A stretch of 64,000 nt of DNA, taken from contig NC_042997.1 of the NCBI RefSeq assembly GCF_006345805.1, positions 128,836,001-128,900,000 on the forward strand, given 5' to 3'. Positions 1 through 14,399 of this stretch are shown piece by piece (the stretch's first letter is position 1; each line of letters begins with the position of its first letter). The position numbers and the translations under genes were made by a program. The notes beneath the pieces are model-generated. The model saw nothing but the letters and a program-made list of their open reading frames with translations. It was not told the DNA's origin and did no database searches. This DNA is from Octopus sinensis. Taxonomy: Eukaryota.

Positions 1-123
1 AGCAATCCATTGTCTCAGGAAAGGGAGAAGTCTATTGCATAATATCCTTAAAATGACAGGATGGTCATGACTGGAATGCCTTTGATCATACAACTTTCCA
101 ATCAGGGTTAATCTGAGGCTTAA

Positions 124-390
124 TATCATCATCATCATCACTTCTACCATCTCCACTAGTTTTACCACTACCATCATCACCACTTTCACTAGAACTATCA
201 TCTCCATTATTATCATTACTATTGCCAGCACTACTATCACCTAACAGCTACTACTACCACTATTACCATCAACATTATCATCATCACCACCACTATCATC
301 AACACCATTCCACCAGTGTCCTTGCCACTATCACTACTATTATCACCGCTACCGTCAATACTATTATCATTATCATCATCACTACTACAG
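124..390. repeat. Degenerate (ATC/ACT/ACC)n low-complexity tract
   Basis: Visible triplet periodicity; explains ORF 237..467. Similar tracts at 9700-9800, 29560-29850, 52740-52830, 55900-56270. Confidence 0.9.
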
Positions 391-1445
391 TTGCCTGATC
401 TGTCTGTCCTGTCAGCATCAAATGACTGTCTCAACATTAGTGAACGGTAGTCTATCTTTCCAGTCAACCTTTATGGGCTGTGTCTATTTAAACAAATTTG
501 TCTATTTGTGTACCCAGTCAACAGTAATAGACTGTCAGTTTGTTTATCTAACTAATCAACATCAATGGACCCGACCTGGCTATATATCTGTTTACTTAGC
601 ACCATTAGACTGTCTCTTTCTATCTAACTAGTTATTTCTATATATCTATCAAGTCAATATCAGTGGACTATCTATCTGTCTGGCTTCTTATCTACCTACA
701 TTCTTCTTGTTTATTTATCTGTCAGTCTGTCAGTCAATCTGTCTATCCATCTATCCAATCATCACCATTGGACGTTGTTTATCTGTTTGTCTCTCTATCT
801 AATCAACATCAATCACCTGTATCAAATAAACAGGATTGGTTAGATGTAAACTGTGTTCTTTTCTATTTGCTACATTTAATATGATCTGTGACAGGAACTA
901 GATTTACTCTGTTGTTATTGTCAACTACAGGACAGTATAGAGAGAAGAAAATTGGATTTAACAACCATATATTATTATTTTCACTTTATCAGATGCACTC
1001 ACACAAGCATAGCATATATCATCCACACACACATGCTAACACATACACAAATACAAATGCACATAGAAGCATATGAACATCAGCATAAGAAAATGGTTAA
1101 ATTGTTTGTTTGGCAACCATGTGGTTTCAGGTTCAACCCCACTGTATGACATCTTGGACAAATGTTTTCTACCATGACATCATGATGAGCAATGTCTTGT
1201 GAGTGTAATTTGGTAGATAGAAAGTGTGCAGAAACCTGTCATTTAAATTCATATGCATGTGCAAATTTACATATATACAGATATCAAAAGTTGACAGTTT
1301 ATTCTGAGTGTTGTTCTTCGGCGTTTGATTTATCTGTTTTTCTTTCCGTCCAGCCATCCATTCTTTCACCATGAGTGGGCTATTTGTCTCTGTCAGTAGT
1401 GAACAGCCAAGAGTGAAACTCAGAGTTAACTGTCAACTTCTGATA

Positions 1446-1845
1446 GGCATGGTTGTGTAGCTGAGAAGTTTAGTTCCTAGCTGCTTGGATTCAGGTTCAG
1501 TCTAACTGCACAGTACTTTGTCAAAGTTTCTTCAGCTAAAGTCTTGAGCCAACCGAAGTCTCATGACTGAATTTGAGAGATGATAACTGAGAGAATCCTG
1601 CCCCATGCGCAGGTGTGTGTGTGCTTGTCTTCTTATTGTATGATGGTTGCAAACAAGCATCACTGTCACTCAAGCAGCATCGTTAATTTCTAACCATCCA
1701 TGAAAACATGTCCAGCCATTAGAGAATATTACTTTGCTTGGAAACAGGTGAGGATTAGTAACAAGAAGGGAATCCAGCTGCCTTAAAAAATTCTATCTGA
1801 CCCATGCAAGCATGGAAAAGTAGCCATTAAAGCAATGACGATGGT
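1446..1845 (+). mobile_element. SINE with family-A-like head and RTE-type tail
   Basis: tRNA-like head, tail CCATGCAAGCATGGAAAAG...AATGACGATG; reverse copy at 13770-14162; head-only copy at 6074-6232 (-). Confidence 0.6.
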
Positions 1846-2194
1846 GTTGTGATGTGTGTGTGTGTGTGCATATGTCTGTGTTTGTTTACATCTGCAATTT
1901 TTTGTACAAAAGTGTGGTGGGGATGTTGTTTTCAGTTTCTCCTATCAATAATTATCCAGGCATTGCATGCCTTCAAAGCCATGTGGACCAAGTGATGATC
2001 CCCTTTATCAGAAACAAGTAAAAGGTTAGTGTCAGAAAGAGCATCCAATTGTAAAGCATTGTCTCAAATAACATTCATCTAACCCATGCAAGCTTGGAAA
2101 AACAGGCATAAAAATGAAGATAGATAGATAGATATATATATATAGATACATACAAACATGCATGCATGCATACACACACACACACACACACACA

Positions 2195-2680
2195 TAAAGC
2201 TAAAGATCAGCAAAAGGAAAATACCTACACTGAACTATTAAATTTGAAGTTACTCTATTCAGATTACAAGTTCAAGTTTATACCTGTAATTATTGGGTCA
2301 CTGGGATATGTAACACACTGCCTAAATATCAATTTTTAGAAATTAGGCTTCTCAAGACTGGAAAGGAAGAAAGCTGATTAGAAAACTACAGATCCAATCC
2401 ATCATTAGAACTGTAAAAATCTGTAAAACCTTCCAGAAGTTTATCATTTAAGTATATATGAGCATGTCTAGATATGCAACTATATACATGAGAATTCATA
2501 CATAAAATAAAACATACAAATCTGCACATATACAGACAGACAAACAAAGGAAAAAGCTGATACATACAAAAATACCCTGTTCATTTTGTTGAAATTCCAG
2601 TGAAGGAGCCTTGGATATAGGTTAGAAACTGGTTCTTTCTCTATTTGGCAAGAAATCTTGAAATAAACTGAATAATGACA
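2195..2680 (+). mobile_element. 3' end of RLE-type non-LTR retrotransposon (R4/Dong-like)
   Basis: Frameshifted ...YSDYKFKFIPVIIGSLGYVTHCLN..KLGFSRLERKKLIRKLQIQSIIRTVKICKTFQKFII* (stop 2449-2451; the P-x-I-I-G-x-L-G motif follows the RLE endonuclease core); ~230-bp 3' UTR; sits between (CA)n and ACAT repeats. Confidence 0.65.
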
Positions 2681-4629
2681 TACATAACATTACATTAGAT
2701 TCATTTACACACACATACACAACTGTGGGAAACTGGTTGAAAAATCAGTGCTATTGAACAAAAATACTTGTATGGTATATATTTCATCCACATTGCACAG
2801 TCCCTTATTTTTTACTTCCATCATCAAAAATTCAGTGAACTAGTGATTGCTCCATTGGAAACCTATGACCAATAAATGCTGTTGTTCATAAAATACATGA
2901 TATTAAATAAATAAACATATGAAGTTTCATATAGTTACTAAATGTCAGCTTTTCAGATACTGTTTGCAAATGTCGACCTTCTATTTCCAAGATATTATCA
3001 AGTTAACAAGAGAGACTCTACAGTCGCTCACTCTTATAGAGATAGCAACCAAATTTCCTTTGAATCACAGCCTACTATCATCAGTAAAGAAAGGATGTTA
3101 CAGTACTATCATCAATAAAGAAAGGATGTTACATTCCTAAAAAGTTGGAATGCTTTGGATATCAGAGTTGAGCTGGGGCTACATATCAACAATGAAGAAA
3201 TTATCATTCCTTCACCTTCAAATTATTCATTACTCACTTCTAAATTATTAATCTCTGTTAACAGAGATTCAAATGAAGTATATATAGTTATGATACTGGA
3301 CAAGTTTACATCTGTCACGAGGCTTTCTTTTTTAACAATTCCAAATGAAAACTAAAGTAATATCCATTATAAAGATATAAAAAACAGCTGCAATTTCCTC
3401 TGTTCTTATTATGCATCATTCAAGTATTTGGGGGGATTTTCTCTGCTAAATCCCTATTGTCATTGTGGTGTAAGAACAGAAGAAAGATGGAATTTGATCA
3501 ATGGAATGTCAACTAGAATTGTTCCTGTGAAATGTTTTAGAACCATCAGTAGTTACTAGGTACCTATGCCACCCAACACCTGTATTTTAATATCTCCTCC
3601 TCCTCTCACTCACACTGACTCTCCTTTCTCTTCTGTATTTGTTTTCTCATGCTTTTTTGAATCTTCCAAATTGAAACTATTAAATACCTTTAACTTTTAT
3701 CACCAACGCTCTTAATTATCTTTCAAAACCAGTCTTTCTTTTCATTTCAAGAAAATAGCTTTTGCACCTATTGTTCTCTCAACTCCTTACTTTTATTGTA
3801 ACTTTCTATTAACCATGAGAATAATACCTCTCTCTAATTTCTTGTTCTTCCTGAATTGTCCAATTAATCTTCGAAAACTGCCATTTTGTTATAGTTTCTG
3901 TTTTTTCCTTGAGGATTTTTCTTCTTTTTTTTTATGACATCAAATCTCCTACACAGTTGTTAAAAGTTATCCAATAATTATTAGTTTAAATGACTTCATC
4001 CTGATGACAACACTCAACCTCATAACATTGTTAATTGACTACAGCTTATTGTCATACCCACACAAAGACTTCTTTTTTTTTTTCAATTATTTTTATGCTA
4101 AAGATATTCCAATTTAGTTTATTGTTTAACTTTTAAACTATTTGTATTTACTGAATTATTTTAAAAAGAATATTTCTCAACAACTGCTTAATGACCTTAT
4201 ACTAAGTTTAAAATAATAGCTCAGTAGTGTGTCTAAATAATAGTCTCTGATATTACCACCACAGAGGTACAGGATATTACCATCACAGTGGTATGAAATA
4301 TTACCATCACAGTAAAGCAGATAATAACTCGACTGTAAAAACACAATAAATTACTGGCATGGTTGCAAACTTTCAGAAATGTAATTATTAAAAATATCGC
4401 ACTTGTTTTCTTTTCACATTATTGTTGAACCAAACTCCTGGAAAAATTCAATATTTAAATCAATATTAGTAAAATATTTTCTTCTCACTATATTAAAATA
4501 TATTTATCAACAAATCACTTAATTTCCTCCCTCTTTCCAAATCCTAAACGACTTCTATTTCTCAATATATATCTGCTGTATTGTTCTCGAAAATGTTATT
4601 GTCTATTCTATTCCGTTAAACAATTTGAG

Positions 4630-5560
4630 ATTTATGATATTCTTTTGATAGAATATGTTGATAGTATTGTGTGAATAGGAATATGCTTGATAGTATTGCA
4701 TTTAATAGAAATATGAAAATAGTATTGTGTATAAAAAGAATGTGTTTGATAGTATCAAATTAGATAGGAATATGTTTGATAGTATTGTATAGAATACTAT
4801 CTCTGAAAGTATTGTGTTTTAATTACATTGTGGATAATAGGAATGTGATAGTGTAGTATTTCATAGCAATGTTTTTGTTGTAGTATTGATAGAATATATT
4901 TCATATTACTGTAATTGATAAAATATTTTTCTTACCATTATGTTTAATATGCAATATCTTTGATAGTTTCATAGTATTGTGTTTAATAGAATAGTATTAC
5001 TTGACTTTTATTAATTAATAGTAGTGTACTTGATAGAATATGTGTTTGATTGTATAATAATTGACATTTTTGATAATATAAGTGTTGGATATTATAATAT
5101 TGATATTGTGTTTAACATAATCAATGATTATTATTAAAGACACTTAGCAAATCCAGTATCATCAAACAATACTATCAAAAATATTCTATCAAACACAATA
5201 TTACCAAACATTCTGTCATGTACAGTACTATAATAATAATGAAATTATTGTATACAGTGCTCAGGTGCACCACAACATGCCACAAGTGCGTATAAAGCAT
5301 ATGCAGTAATGTACAAATGTCTGGAAAGTGAACAGTGTTTGAGTCAGATACATGCTTGCATGTGTATGGAGGGGAGAAAATCAGGTGTAGTGTAATACTT
5401 TCAAACATCATAGTACAAAGATATAATGCAAGCATATTCTTATCAAATAATACTATGAAGCATTCTTTCAAACTTAGTATTGTCAATTGTGTTTGATAGC
5501 TTGATTCTATGATGTGGCATGATATTGTTTGATAGTATTGTAGTTGTCAGTATTATGTCT
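4630..5560. repeat. Degenerate ~28-bp minisatellite (AATATGTTTGATAGTATTGTGTTTAATAG) with an internal orientation switch
   Basis: TTTGATAGTATTG recurs at 4630-5120 and 5480-5560; its complement CAATACTATCAAA occurs at 5150-5470. Confidence 0.7.
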
Positions 5561-8515
5561 GATGTGGGTTAGCAGTTGACAGCATGTCAGACTAAATTCC
5601 CGATTCAAATCCCTCTGAGGTCAACTTTGCCTTTCATCCTTTCAGGATCATTAACATAAAGTACCAGTCAAGTAATGGGGTTGATCTGTTTGAGTATAAC
5701 ATCCCACCTTTCACATGCATTCATAGATTTGTGCCAGTGCCAGAAACCATAATTGTTAATATAAAGTTTGATAATGCTTTAACGTCCACTTTTCCCATAG
5801 GTTGGACAGAATTTACTGTAGAAGATTTTCTACAGATAGATGCCTTTCTTGTCACCGATGCTCTCTTGTTTCCAAGCAAGATACTATTTCTTCACAACCA
5901 AACATGTTCTCACAGAATATTGAGAATTAATGACACTGCTTGTATGACAGTGACAATTATTTACAACTATTATACAATGTGAGACAAGGAGACACAAACA
6001 TTACACACACTCACAAACATGCACATGTGCTTGCACATACACTACACTACACTACACACACACACACACACAACAGGCTTCTTTCAGTTTTTGTCTGCTA
6101 AATTCACTCACAAAGCTTTGGTCAGCCCATAGCTGTAGAAGATACTTGCATAAGGTACCATGCAGTGAAACTGAATCTGAAATCATGTGGTTAAGGAAGC
6201 ATACTTCTTAACCACTCAGCCACTCCTGTGCCTTAAATTATTCAAATATTTGTGAATTATATGTGTCATTTCAGTTGTAACTATAAAGTTATTGTAAATA
6301 TAATCTTAATAATATCATTATAATTCTGTATCTTAATACAGAATTAAAAGTGACAAATTCAAGGGTTTTTTTGTAGGTTAGGCGTGCACTTTATTTTCTA
6401 TGACAATAGAGTTACTTTTTGCTTTTAACGTCTTTGTACATGTTTCTGTATGACTTCCATTCCTCAGACTATTATGAGTGTGTTCTTTAAAAGTCAGAAA
6501 TGGTGATTAGGATTAAATCCTCACAAGTTTTCATTGCAGACATAATAGACTCTCTGTCTCACCAAGAAAGGAACCCTAAAAGTAAGATAACTTGGTTAAT
6601 CTAAGGACACTATCTTTCTTTGAATTTTAAATCTTCTTATAGGAGTTTTTTTGTCTAATTTGTCACAGAAACACATATTTCTGCCATCATGTAGGTCAAT
6701 TTCTATTTTCTGTCTTTATTTTATTTCTAATGTATTTCTTTGCGTGAGAACAACATTCTGGTTTAAAATGGTAATATTTGTTTAAACATCTGATAGATGA
6801 TTACATTCTAGAATATTTTAGACTTCCAATGAATAAATAAACACAGCTCAATCAGAAGTGATATATTTATATTCTTACTTTCTAATTAGAAATGGTCGAC
6901 TCTATTCCAAGTGTCCTTCTGCACACTTTAGACTTTTCTTATTCTCTCAATAATAACAAAAATACACTCATTAAGATTTGCTCCAACAAGCTGTAATGTC
7001 CTTTCTTCATTCTCTCTATGTTTATGCTATTATAATTCTTCTTCATATTCCTGGTTATACTTGCAATATTTATATATTTTGTAAATTTATTCAAACTTTA
7101 TATTAAAAAAAGAAATATTTTAAAATAAACAATCTTGTGTGATTTATTAATGGTATAAATTAAATATTTAAGTCTGCTGCAAAAAACAAAAAACAAAAAA
7201 TTCCCTTTGGATGACTCAGAAAGTAATTTTGTTGTGACTTAATATCACATGACAGCTAATGGCTCTCTGACTTTTCTCACTGCTTCAGATTTTAAAAAAA
7301 AAAAAAATTATAGCTTAGTCAGAAGAAGAGCAGTGCTTATAGCTCTTTGTCAGGGTTTCTGAGGAGGAAGAAAAGAAGTTAACTTATGACTAAATGCTGG
7401 TGACTGAATGGACCCTAGTAAAGGCCCCCAGGGGCCAGTAATAATATTATCCCAAGCAACAGGTTACATTTACATTCCAAGAACAGAAATGATTCCTATG
7501 ACAAACTTATGCACTCTTTCCTCAATCAAATTTCATTCCCAAGCTTTCAGTGAATCTGGAAATTTGAAAAAAAAAAAACACTTTGCTCAAGGTGCAACAC
7601 AGCAGTTTTGAACTTCAAATAAAGTAGTTATAAAGCAAGCCTCTTACCACTCAACTACACCTGCATCATTTATCCAGGCCTGTTTCTATATTGCCTATCT
7701 TCTTACCCTGTAAAATTGCATAATATCACTTCACTAAGAAATTTCAAACACATTCAATCCAAACTAATTGTCCTTACTTCTTCCTGTGTCACACACAATC
7801 AAAAGTCCTTCCTTGATCCAACTCCTTTGGTGTGGATTACCAGATTGCACTGAGGAATTGTTTCTTCGTTAATGAGCCTATAATAATATTAATTTCTTCT
7901 ATCACTCAATCTTGCTCTTTGATTTCTCTGAAGAATTTTGATTTAATGTTTATTACATGTATCTTTCTAGAATATTCTCTATGTTGCAATGAAATTCTAA
8001 AGAATTTCACTATAATCTATATAATTAGCTTTTTCAGCCATATTTAATGTTTCTTTATGCTTAGAATTCTATTAAAGATTTTAAAAATAACAATGTTAAG
8101 TTCTCAACTCCTATGAGACTACTATGCCAATGCTGATTTGAAATTTTTTAATAAAAAAAAAATTTCCACTTTTCTATAAATTAGAACATATTTTCATGCT
8201 TAACGCCAATTTTTAGCAGTAAAACCATTTTCTACATTCAGTTCCAATAATGAATTCGCTATCTCTTACATCCAACCTTACATTTTACATTAAGATGCTT
8301 TATATCATTGAAAATGATAAATATGTAATGCTTTAGAGGTGTCTAGCCTAGAAAAAATGAAACAAATTCCTAAACATATATTTCAAATAGGAAATAAGAT
8401 CAAAACATGTTGAAGTTTAACCATGTTGTGTGCGATATTAGATAGATACAACCCTAATACTTTCATTTTGCTGACGAAGTAAATATAAATTCAAAAGTAA
8501 TATAAAATGGTAGTG

Positions 8516-8518
8516 GTT

Positions 8519-8565
<47 letters not shown>

Positions 8566-9030
8566 GGTGGTGGTGGTGGTGGTGGTGGTGGTATTGGTGG
8601 TGATGCTGCTGCTGCTGCTGGTATGAGTAATCCTAGTTAGTGAGTTAGTTGGGCAGTATGTTGTTGTGTCAGTGTGGTATGAATGTATTGTTAGTGAGTT
8701 TTTGATGCAATGTCTGTGTGATAATAGCATGTTGTTGATATGTGTCAGTGTGGTAATAGTATATTGTTAATGTGCCAGTGTAATAATCCTATACTGCTAA
8801 TGTGTGTCAGTGAGGTATCATCAGTGTGTTGCATATGTGTATCAGTGTGATATCAATGCATTATTAAATGTGCATCAAAGCGTTTCTAGTATATGGTTAG
8901 TGTGTCTTGTATGGGTTATTTCAGTTTGTTGGTAGTGTTTTATCATTGTGTGGTAAATGTGTGTCACAGTATGTTACTTAATTATCACTATTGTTGTTAG
9001 TGTGTTCTCAACATAAAGTGAAAGTGTTGA
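8516..9030. repeat. (GTT)n(GGT)n(GCT)n compound microsatellite followed by a ~30-bp GTGTCAGTGTGG minisatellite
   Basis: Directly visible. Confidence 0.85.
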
Positions 9031-10273
9031 AGCATGTTGTGCCAGTGGGCTGTTACAGCATTATTGTCAGCTCCTCCCCTCCAAAGTGAAATTTTGCAAG
9101 GCAGTGCAAGACTACTTTTGCACCTTTCCATTTCCCCCACTTATCCCTTTCTCAAAATTCAAAAAGACCACAACAGTGAGGGTAGATTGTTTTTGAGGGA
9201 GGGGTACTTGGGGAGACATTACCTATTTCAATAGAGCCCTGGTCTGATATACAGGCTGAACCTCACTTTTTTAGAGTTGTATTATTGTTGTTATGTAGCT
9301 CTAGGTCGATTCTTATTGAGCAGATTTATGATCAAAACCCTTCCAGTCATGACCATCACATCTTATTTTTGATGTTTAATGTATCCTGACTGCATTATCC
9401 AGGAGAAACATCTCCTCATTTTTTAAATTATACAACATGATTTCTGAGGGAAATTTGTCTTCTAACTTTAGCAATTCAAGCAACTCTCACTGTTTTACAT
9501 GAATGTGTTGTTGCCAGTTGGTAAATCTATTGTAGCTGATGATGAGAAAGATAATTTGTAACAATAATCCTTTCTGAGAACACAATTTTGACCATATAAA
9601 CATCACCTTACTATACTTTATAGCAAACTTTTTCTGGGTGTTGATGTTGTTATTTAGCCCCAGGTCTCATTGGCTTGTATTTGGTGATGACAGTGTGTCA
9701 TCATTATTATCATCATCACCATTCAATACCATCATTATCATAAGTATCACAACTACCATCAGTATTATCACCACCACTACTATCATCAGCATCAACACCC
9801 ACATATCATAAAGCTGAGAGAGGCAACAAAAAGGAACTCACCTCCAACACCACATCTCTGTAACTAATATAATGATATATAGGTGTTAGAAATATTGACA
9901 GTTAACTGTTAACTAACTCCACAATCTAAGACTTTTCACAAAAACATCTAGACACTAGCCTTGTCACTTATCCTTAACCCTCTTTATTCTACAAACATGT
10001 TTTTTAGCTCCAGGTAAACCTTAGCATTCCAGCTGTGAATATCCTGTATTTTTTGGCGGGGTGGAGGTAACATATCTAGGACTACCCTGTCCTTTGTTCC
10101 TTTCTTCTTTTTAAGATGGTAGTGTGTGGTTTGAGACTTTACTTTTATTTCTAACATGCCCTGCAACTAGATAGATGTTCCTCTCTTTGGTCACCAACAA
10201 ATAAGTAAAAGTTTCTAGACATCATTTGAAGCTACATTTATTTGTTTGCCAAACATCTCTTCTCTGCAGGTCC

Positions 10274-10860
10274 ATCATCATCATCATTTAACATCCGCTC
10301 ACCATGCTGGCATGGGTTGGGCGGTTTGACTGAAGACTGATGAGCCAGCGGCTGCACCAGGCTCAATCTGGTCTGGCAGTTTCTACAGCTGGATGCCCTT
10401 CCTAACACCAACCACTCCTAGAGTGTAGTGCATACTTTTTACATGCCACCAGCATGAGGGCCAGTCAGGCGGTCCTTACAACAACCATGCTCATGCTCAA
10501 AAGGTGTTTTTATGTACTACCTGCATGGGAGCCAGTCTGGCGGCACTGGCAACGACCACACTCGAATGTTGTTTTTCATGTGCCACCAGTACATGCCAGT
10601 AAGGCAACGCTGGCTACGATCATGCTCGGATAGCACTTTTCACATATCACTGGCATGGGAGCCAATCCATGGCCCTGGCAACAGTTACACTCGGATGTGC
10701 TTTCAACATTCCACTGGCACGAGTGCCAATCAGGTGGTACTGTCATCGGCCACGTCAGTGATTTTGGTTTGTTTACACTTGCTTCAATAGGTCTTTGCAA
10801 GCAAAGTTCATTGTCCAATGAATGAGGGGTACTCATAAGTGGCCTGGTTACACTATACCA
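10274..10860 (-). mobile_element. RTE-type 3' tail element with internal ~60-bp tandem units
   Basis: (CAT)n-TTTAAC..CCATGCTGGCATGGG tail; similar tails at 18952-19120 (-), 25740-26040 (+), 27280-27455 (+), 33871-34260 (-), 43480-43790 (+), 59700-59920 (+). Confidence 0.7.
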
Positions 10861-12083
10861 TATTAATAAGTGAAATAATGTATCTATCTTTTTACTATGA
10901 AACTCAAGTAGATATTTTAACTTACATATTCAGTGTTATAAATTATTTGTTCATAGAGCTGTTAAAATAAATATTACATATATTTGCTCTTTATCTCTAG
11001 ATTTGGAGGGAAAGACAGGTTTCATAAAAACATTTACATGAATTTCAACATATTTTTATCATCACCATTTTATCAGTTAAGTAATTAGAAACACACAAGC
11101 AACCTATCCATGCTGAAACCTCAAGAAATATTCCACCAGATAAACAAATGTCTTAATATGATTGTTGGCTATAATAATTGTGTGTGAGTGATTATGTCTA
11201 CATAAGAGAATATTCTGAAATACTTGTATACACACATACTTGTATAAATGTATGAGTATGTGAGTGTGATGTACAAGTCTCCCTAGTGCTTATATGTTCA
11301 TATGTTTCTATTTCCGTCACAAATTCATTTTTGTGACAAAGAGGAGCAGAGATAGCAGTGCCATGCATGTGTGTGTGTGTGTGTGTGTGCTGTACACACC
11401 ATTAGTGTATGAATTTGAGTGTAACATGAATTATTAATTCATGCTTTAAAGAAGCATCACTGAATACTCTACCATTATAATAGATGTAATAAATATTTTA
11501 TCATTGCTATTACATTAGATATGAAATTTGGTAGTGGTAAACGGTGATGTATAAAATTAACCTGTTAATAAGAGGTGGTGAGGAGAATAATTATCTTTCC
11601 TAATTGATTTGCTATGTTAATCTGTATATGATGGATTAAATTGTAGTTTAATAAAATATATTTTAAGAGAGATCTCTAATGTTGGTCTTGTTTCTTAATG
11701 TTCATATGACTTAACAGAGATGGTGTATGTGTTTATATGTGTGAAGAACTGGCTTTGTATGTTGTGTGTGTGTGTTTGTGAGTATGTATATTTGTGAGAG
11801 AATGGTATGTGAATGTAAGTGCAAGGGATTGGTGTATGTGTGTGAATGAGAGAGTGTGTAGGTAAGAACTGTGCCTATATGTGTGTTTTGCTGTCTGTGT
11901 GTGCATGCATCTATGAATGTGTGTGTGTGTGTGTGTGTGCACTTGTGTTATATGAGTGTTTTTGTGGGTACATAAGAGTATATGAATGAGTGTGTGTGTT
12001 ATGCATTTTCTGTTTAGTTGTTATAGGAGAGGTAACAACTGTTACTGTTACTCACAAAGTGAAGGTGATATCTATATCATCAT

Positions 12084-12141
<58 letters not shown>

Positions 12142-12149
12142 TCAATCTC

Positions 12150-12430
12150 ATAGCTCTGCTTCTCATAATTCTAACAATTATAGCTCTAACTATTATATTT
12201 CTCACTATCATTTTAGTTATAACTATTATAGCTTTGACTCATCACAGCCTTGACTGTGATAGCTTTATTATAATTTTCACTACTATAGTTTTCACTATCA
12301 TAATTCTGATTGTTGTAACTCTGACACTCATAGTTCTTAAATATCAAACGCTCTGATTATCATAATTATGAAGTTATAACTATGATAGTTCAGACAATCA
12401 TAGTTTTGATTATGATAGTTCTGATTATTG
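12150..12430. repeat. Degenerate 15-bp minisatellite (ACTATCATAGTTCTG); second array at 15050-15215
   Basis: Recurring CTATCATA/ATAGTT; gives the pseudo-ORF MIVRTMIVRT at 15038..15229. Confidence 0.7.
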
Positions 12431-13421
12431 TATCAAATCCTGTCATCTATTCCCTATATCCACACAAATGGCATTTGGACTGTATCATACATGGAAAGTT
12501 AACTGGTATTACACTGCCAATACAGCCAGCACACTCCACTATGGCATGCTTCCCCTAACTGGAAATGGATAACTGTACAACCCAGTACTGTAAGTAATAG
12601 GCGCACTGTATAATTAGCAAATCCTTTATTATCAAAATAGTGCTGGTTTTAATTTCTTCTCTCTGTGTGGAGCAGGCATCATGAAGCCCCAAGTAGAGCA
12701 TTCTCCCTAAGAGAATCATTGTTTTGCAATCACATACTTTGGAACTGAATTTCACTACACAGTACCTTAAGCAAGTATCTTCTACAATAGCCATGAATTA
12801 ACATCTCAGCTTTGTGAGTGAAATAGGTAGTGGATAGACTGCGCTGTTTTGGGGCAGTAGACTATTTGTTGTCTTATTTAATACTACACTTGAGTCTGGG
12901 GTTTTTGTAGCAGAGTCCACTCTGTTGCAAGAATTCAAACCAGGCCTCTGGTTTGAATTCTACCAAGCCTGGTAGTGTTGGAAACTGGATCTAGGATGCT
13001 ACCCTTCCTGCTCTGACTAAATCATTACAAAGAATTGGAAAACATTCAGTTTGATCATATTTTCTCATCCTTTTTTCTAAAACATGGATCAATTTCTGAC
13101 CTCATATAATAGAATAGATATTGTCAGTTTACAATTTCTATCAACTTTGATAACATGTTTGATAAAAAAGAAAAAGGTATTGGAGAAAAGATTTTGTTGT
13201 GAGTTTCAGTGATTTCACAGCATATTGTTCCATTGAAAAATGGCTCTGTCAAAATGGAAGACAAGAATTGTCTTTTACAAAGATTAAAAAAAATTAGTCT
13301 TTAATGCTAAACAACAAATTTAACATGTTTTGTGTATGTGAAAGAGAGAAAAAGAGAGAAAAGGGGGGAATGTGTTTATGTGTAATGCAAGAGAAGGAAA
13401 GTTTGTGTGTGTATGTGTATC

Positions 13422-13470
<49 letters not shown>

Positions 13471-13769
13471 ATGTGAGAGAATTTGGGTGTGTGTTTTTGT
13501 GTTAGAGAAGTAGGGTAGAAAGAGTTTGCATTTGTGTGCATGTCAGGAAGATATAGAGTTTGTATGTATATATATGTTCAACAGTATAAAACAAACAACA
13601 ATACTTGTACTGTATTTTATTAATGTTGTATTAATTTCTAAAGAAATAAACTTCACTTTTTCACTACATTTTTAGATATTAAATTCACTTAAAATTTTCG
13701 TGGATTTAATCATTTATTCTAGCTAACTTTAGTAGTTTCTGTACACCAAATATGTGTTTAGTGATCAGC

Positions 13770-14162
13770 ATTTATCATTGTCTTTATTTTAACGTCCACT
13801 TTCCTGTGCTTGTATCAGTCAGACAGAATTCATTGAGGTAGGTTTTCTATACCCGGATGCCCTCCCTGTTGCCAACCCTCACATGTTTTCAAATAAGATA
13901 ATATTTCCCTTGGCCAGACATGTTTTCACAGATGTCAAGGCAAGGAAACAAAAAAACAGAGAGAGACGCACACACACACTCACGCACACACACACATGAG
14001 CGGCATCTTTCAGTTTTCATCTACTAAATCTACACACAAGGCTCTGATTGGCTCAGGGCCATAGAATAAGATACTCACACAAGGTGCTATGCTGTGGAAC
14101 TAAACTTGAAACCATGTGGTTTGGTAAGCAAACTTCTTAATCACACAGCCATACCTGCACCT
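13770..14162 (-). mobile_element. SINE with family-A-like head and RTE-type tail
   Basis: Reverse of the 1446 family; interrupted by CA repeats. Confidence 0.6.
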
Positions 14163-14399
14163 TTTCATTATACCAAATCCTGCAGTTGATGTTTACAATA
14201 CTAAAACACCGTGTTTACTTTCCAGTATGCTCACTATTGTGTTAACACTTAATACACAAAATATAGTATTTAGTGTTTTACATTTAGTATATCAAATGTT
14301 TTGCTTACTGTGTAAAATAATAGAATTACATGTGTGAGGGAGTGTGAGTGTTTGTGTTATTTGTGAGAGTATGTGAGTTTGTGTGTGTGTATATATGTC

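Noticed and set aside
6885-6960. NGRLYS peptide resembling a YWTD repeat upstream of the first exon
   Set aside because: Lacks W-x-D, has no suitable phase-2 donor, and hits a stop soon after; more likely decayed repeat.
8471-8500. Other CUGANGA cores (also 4001, 28317, 32368 minus, 56826 minus)
   Set aside because: No correctly placed GAAA, helix III and helix I complement; cannot be called ribozymes.
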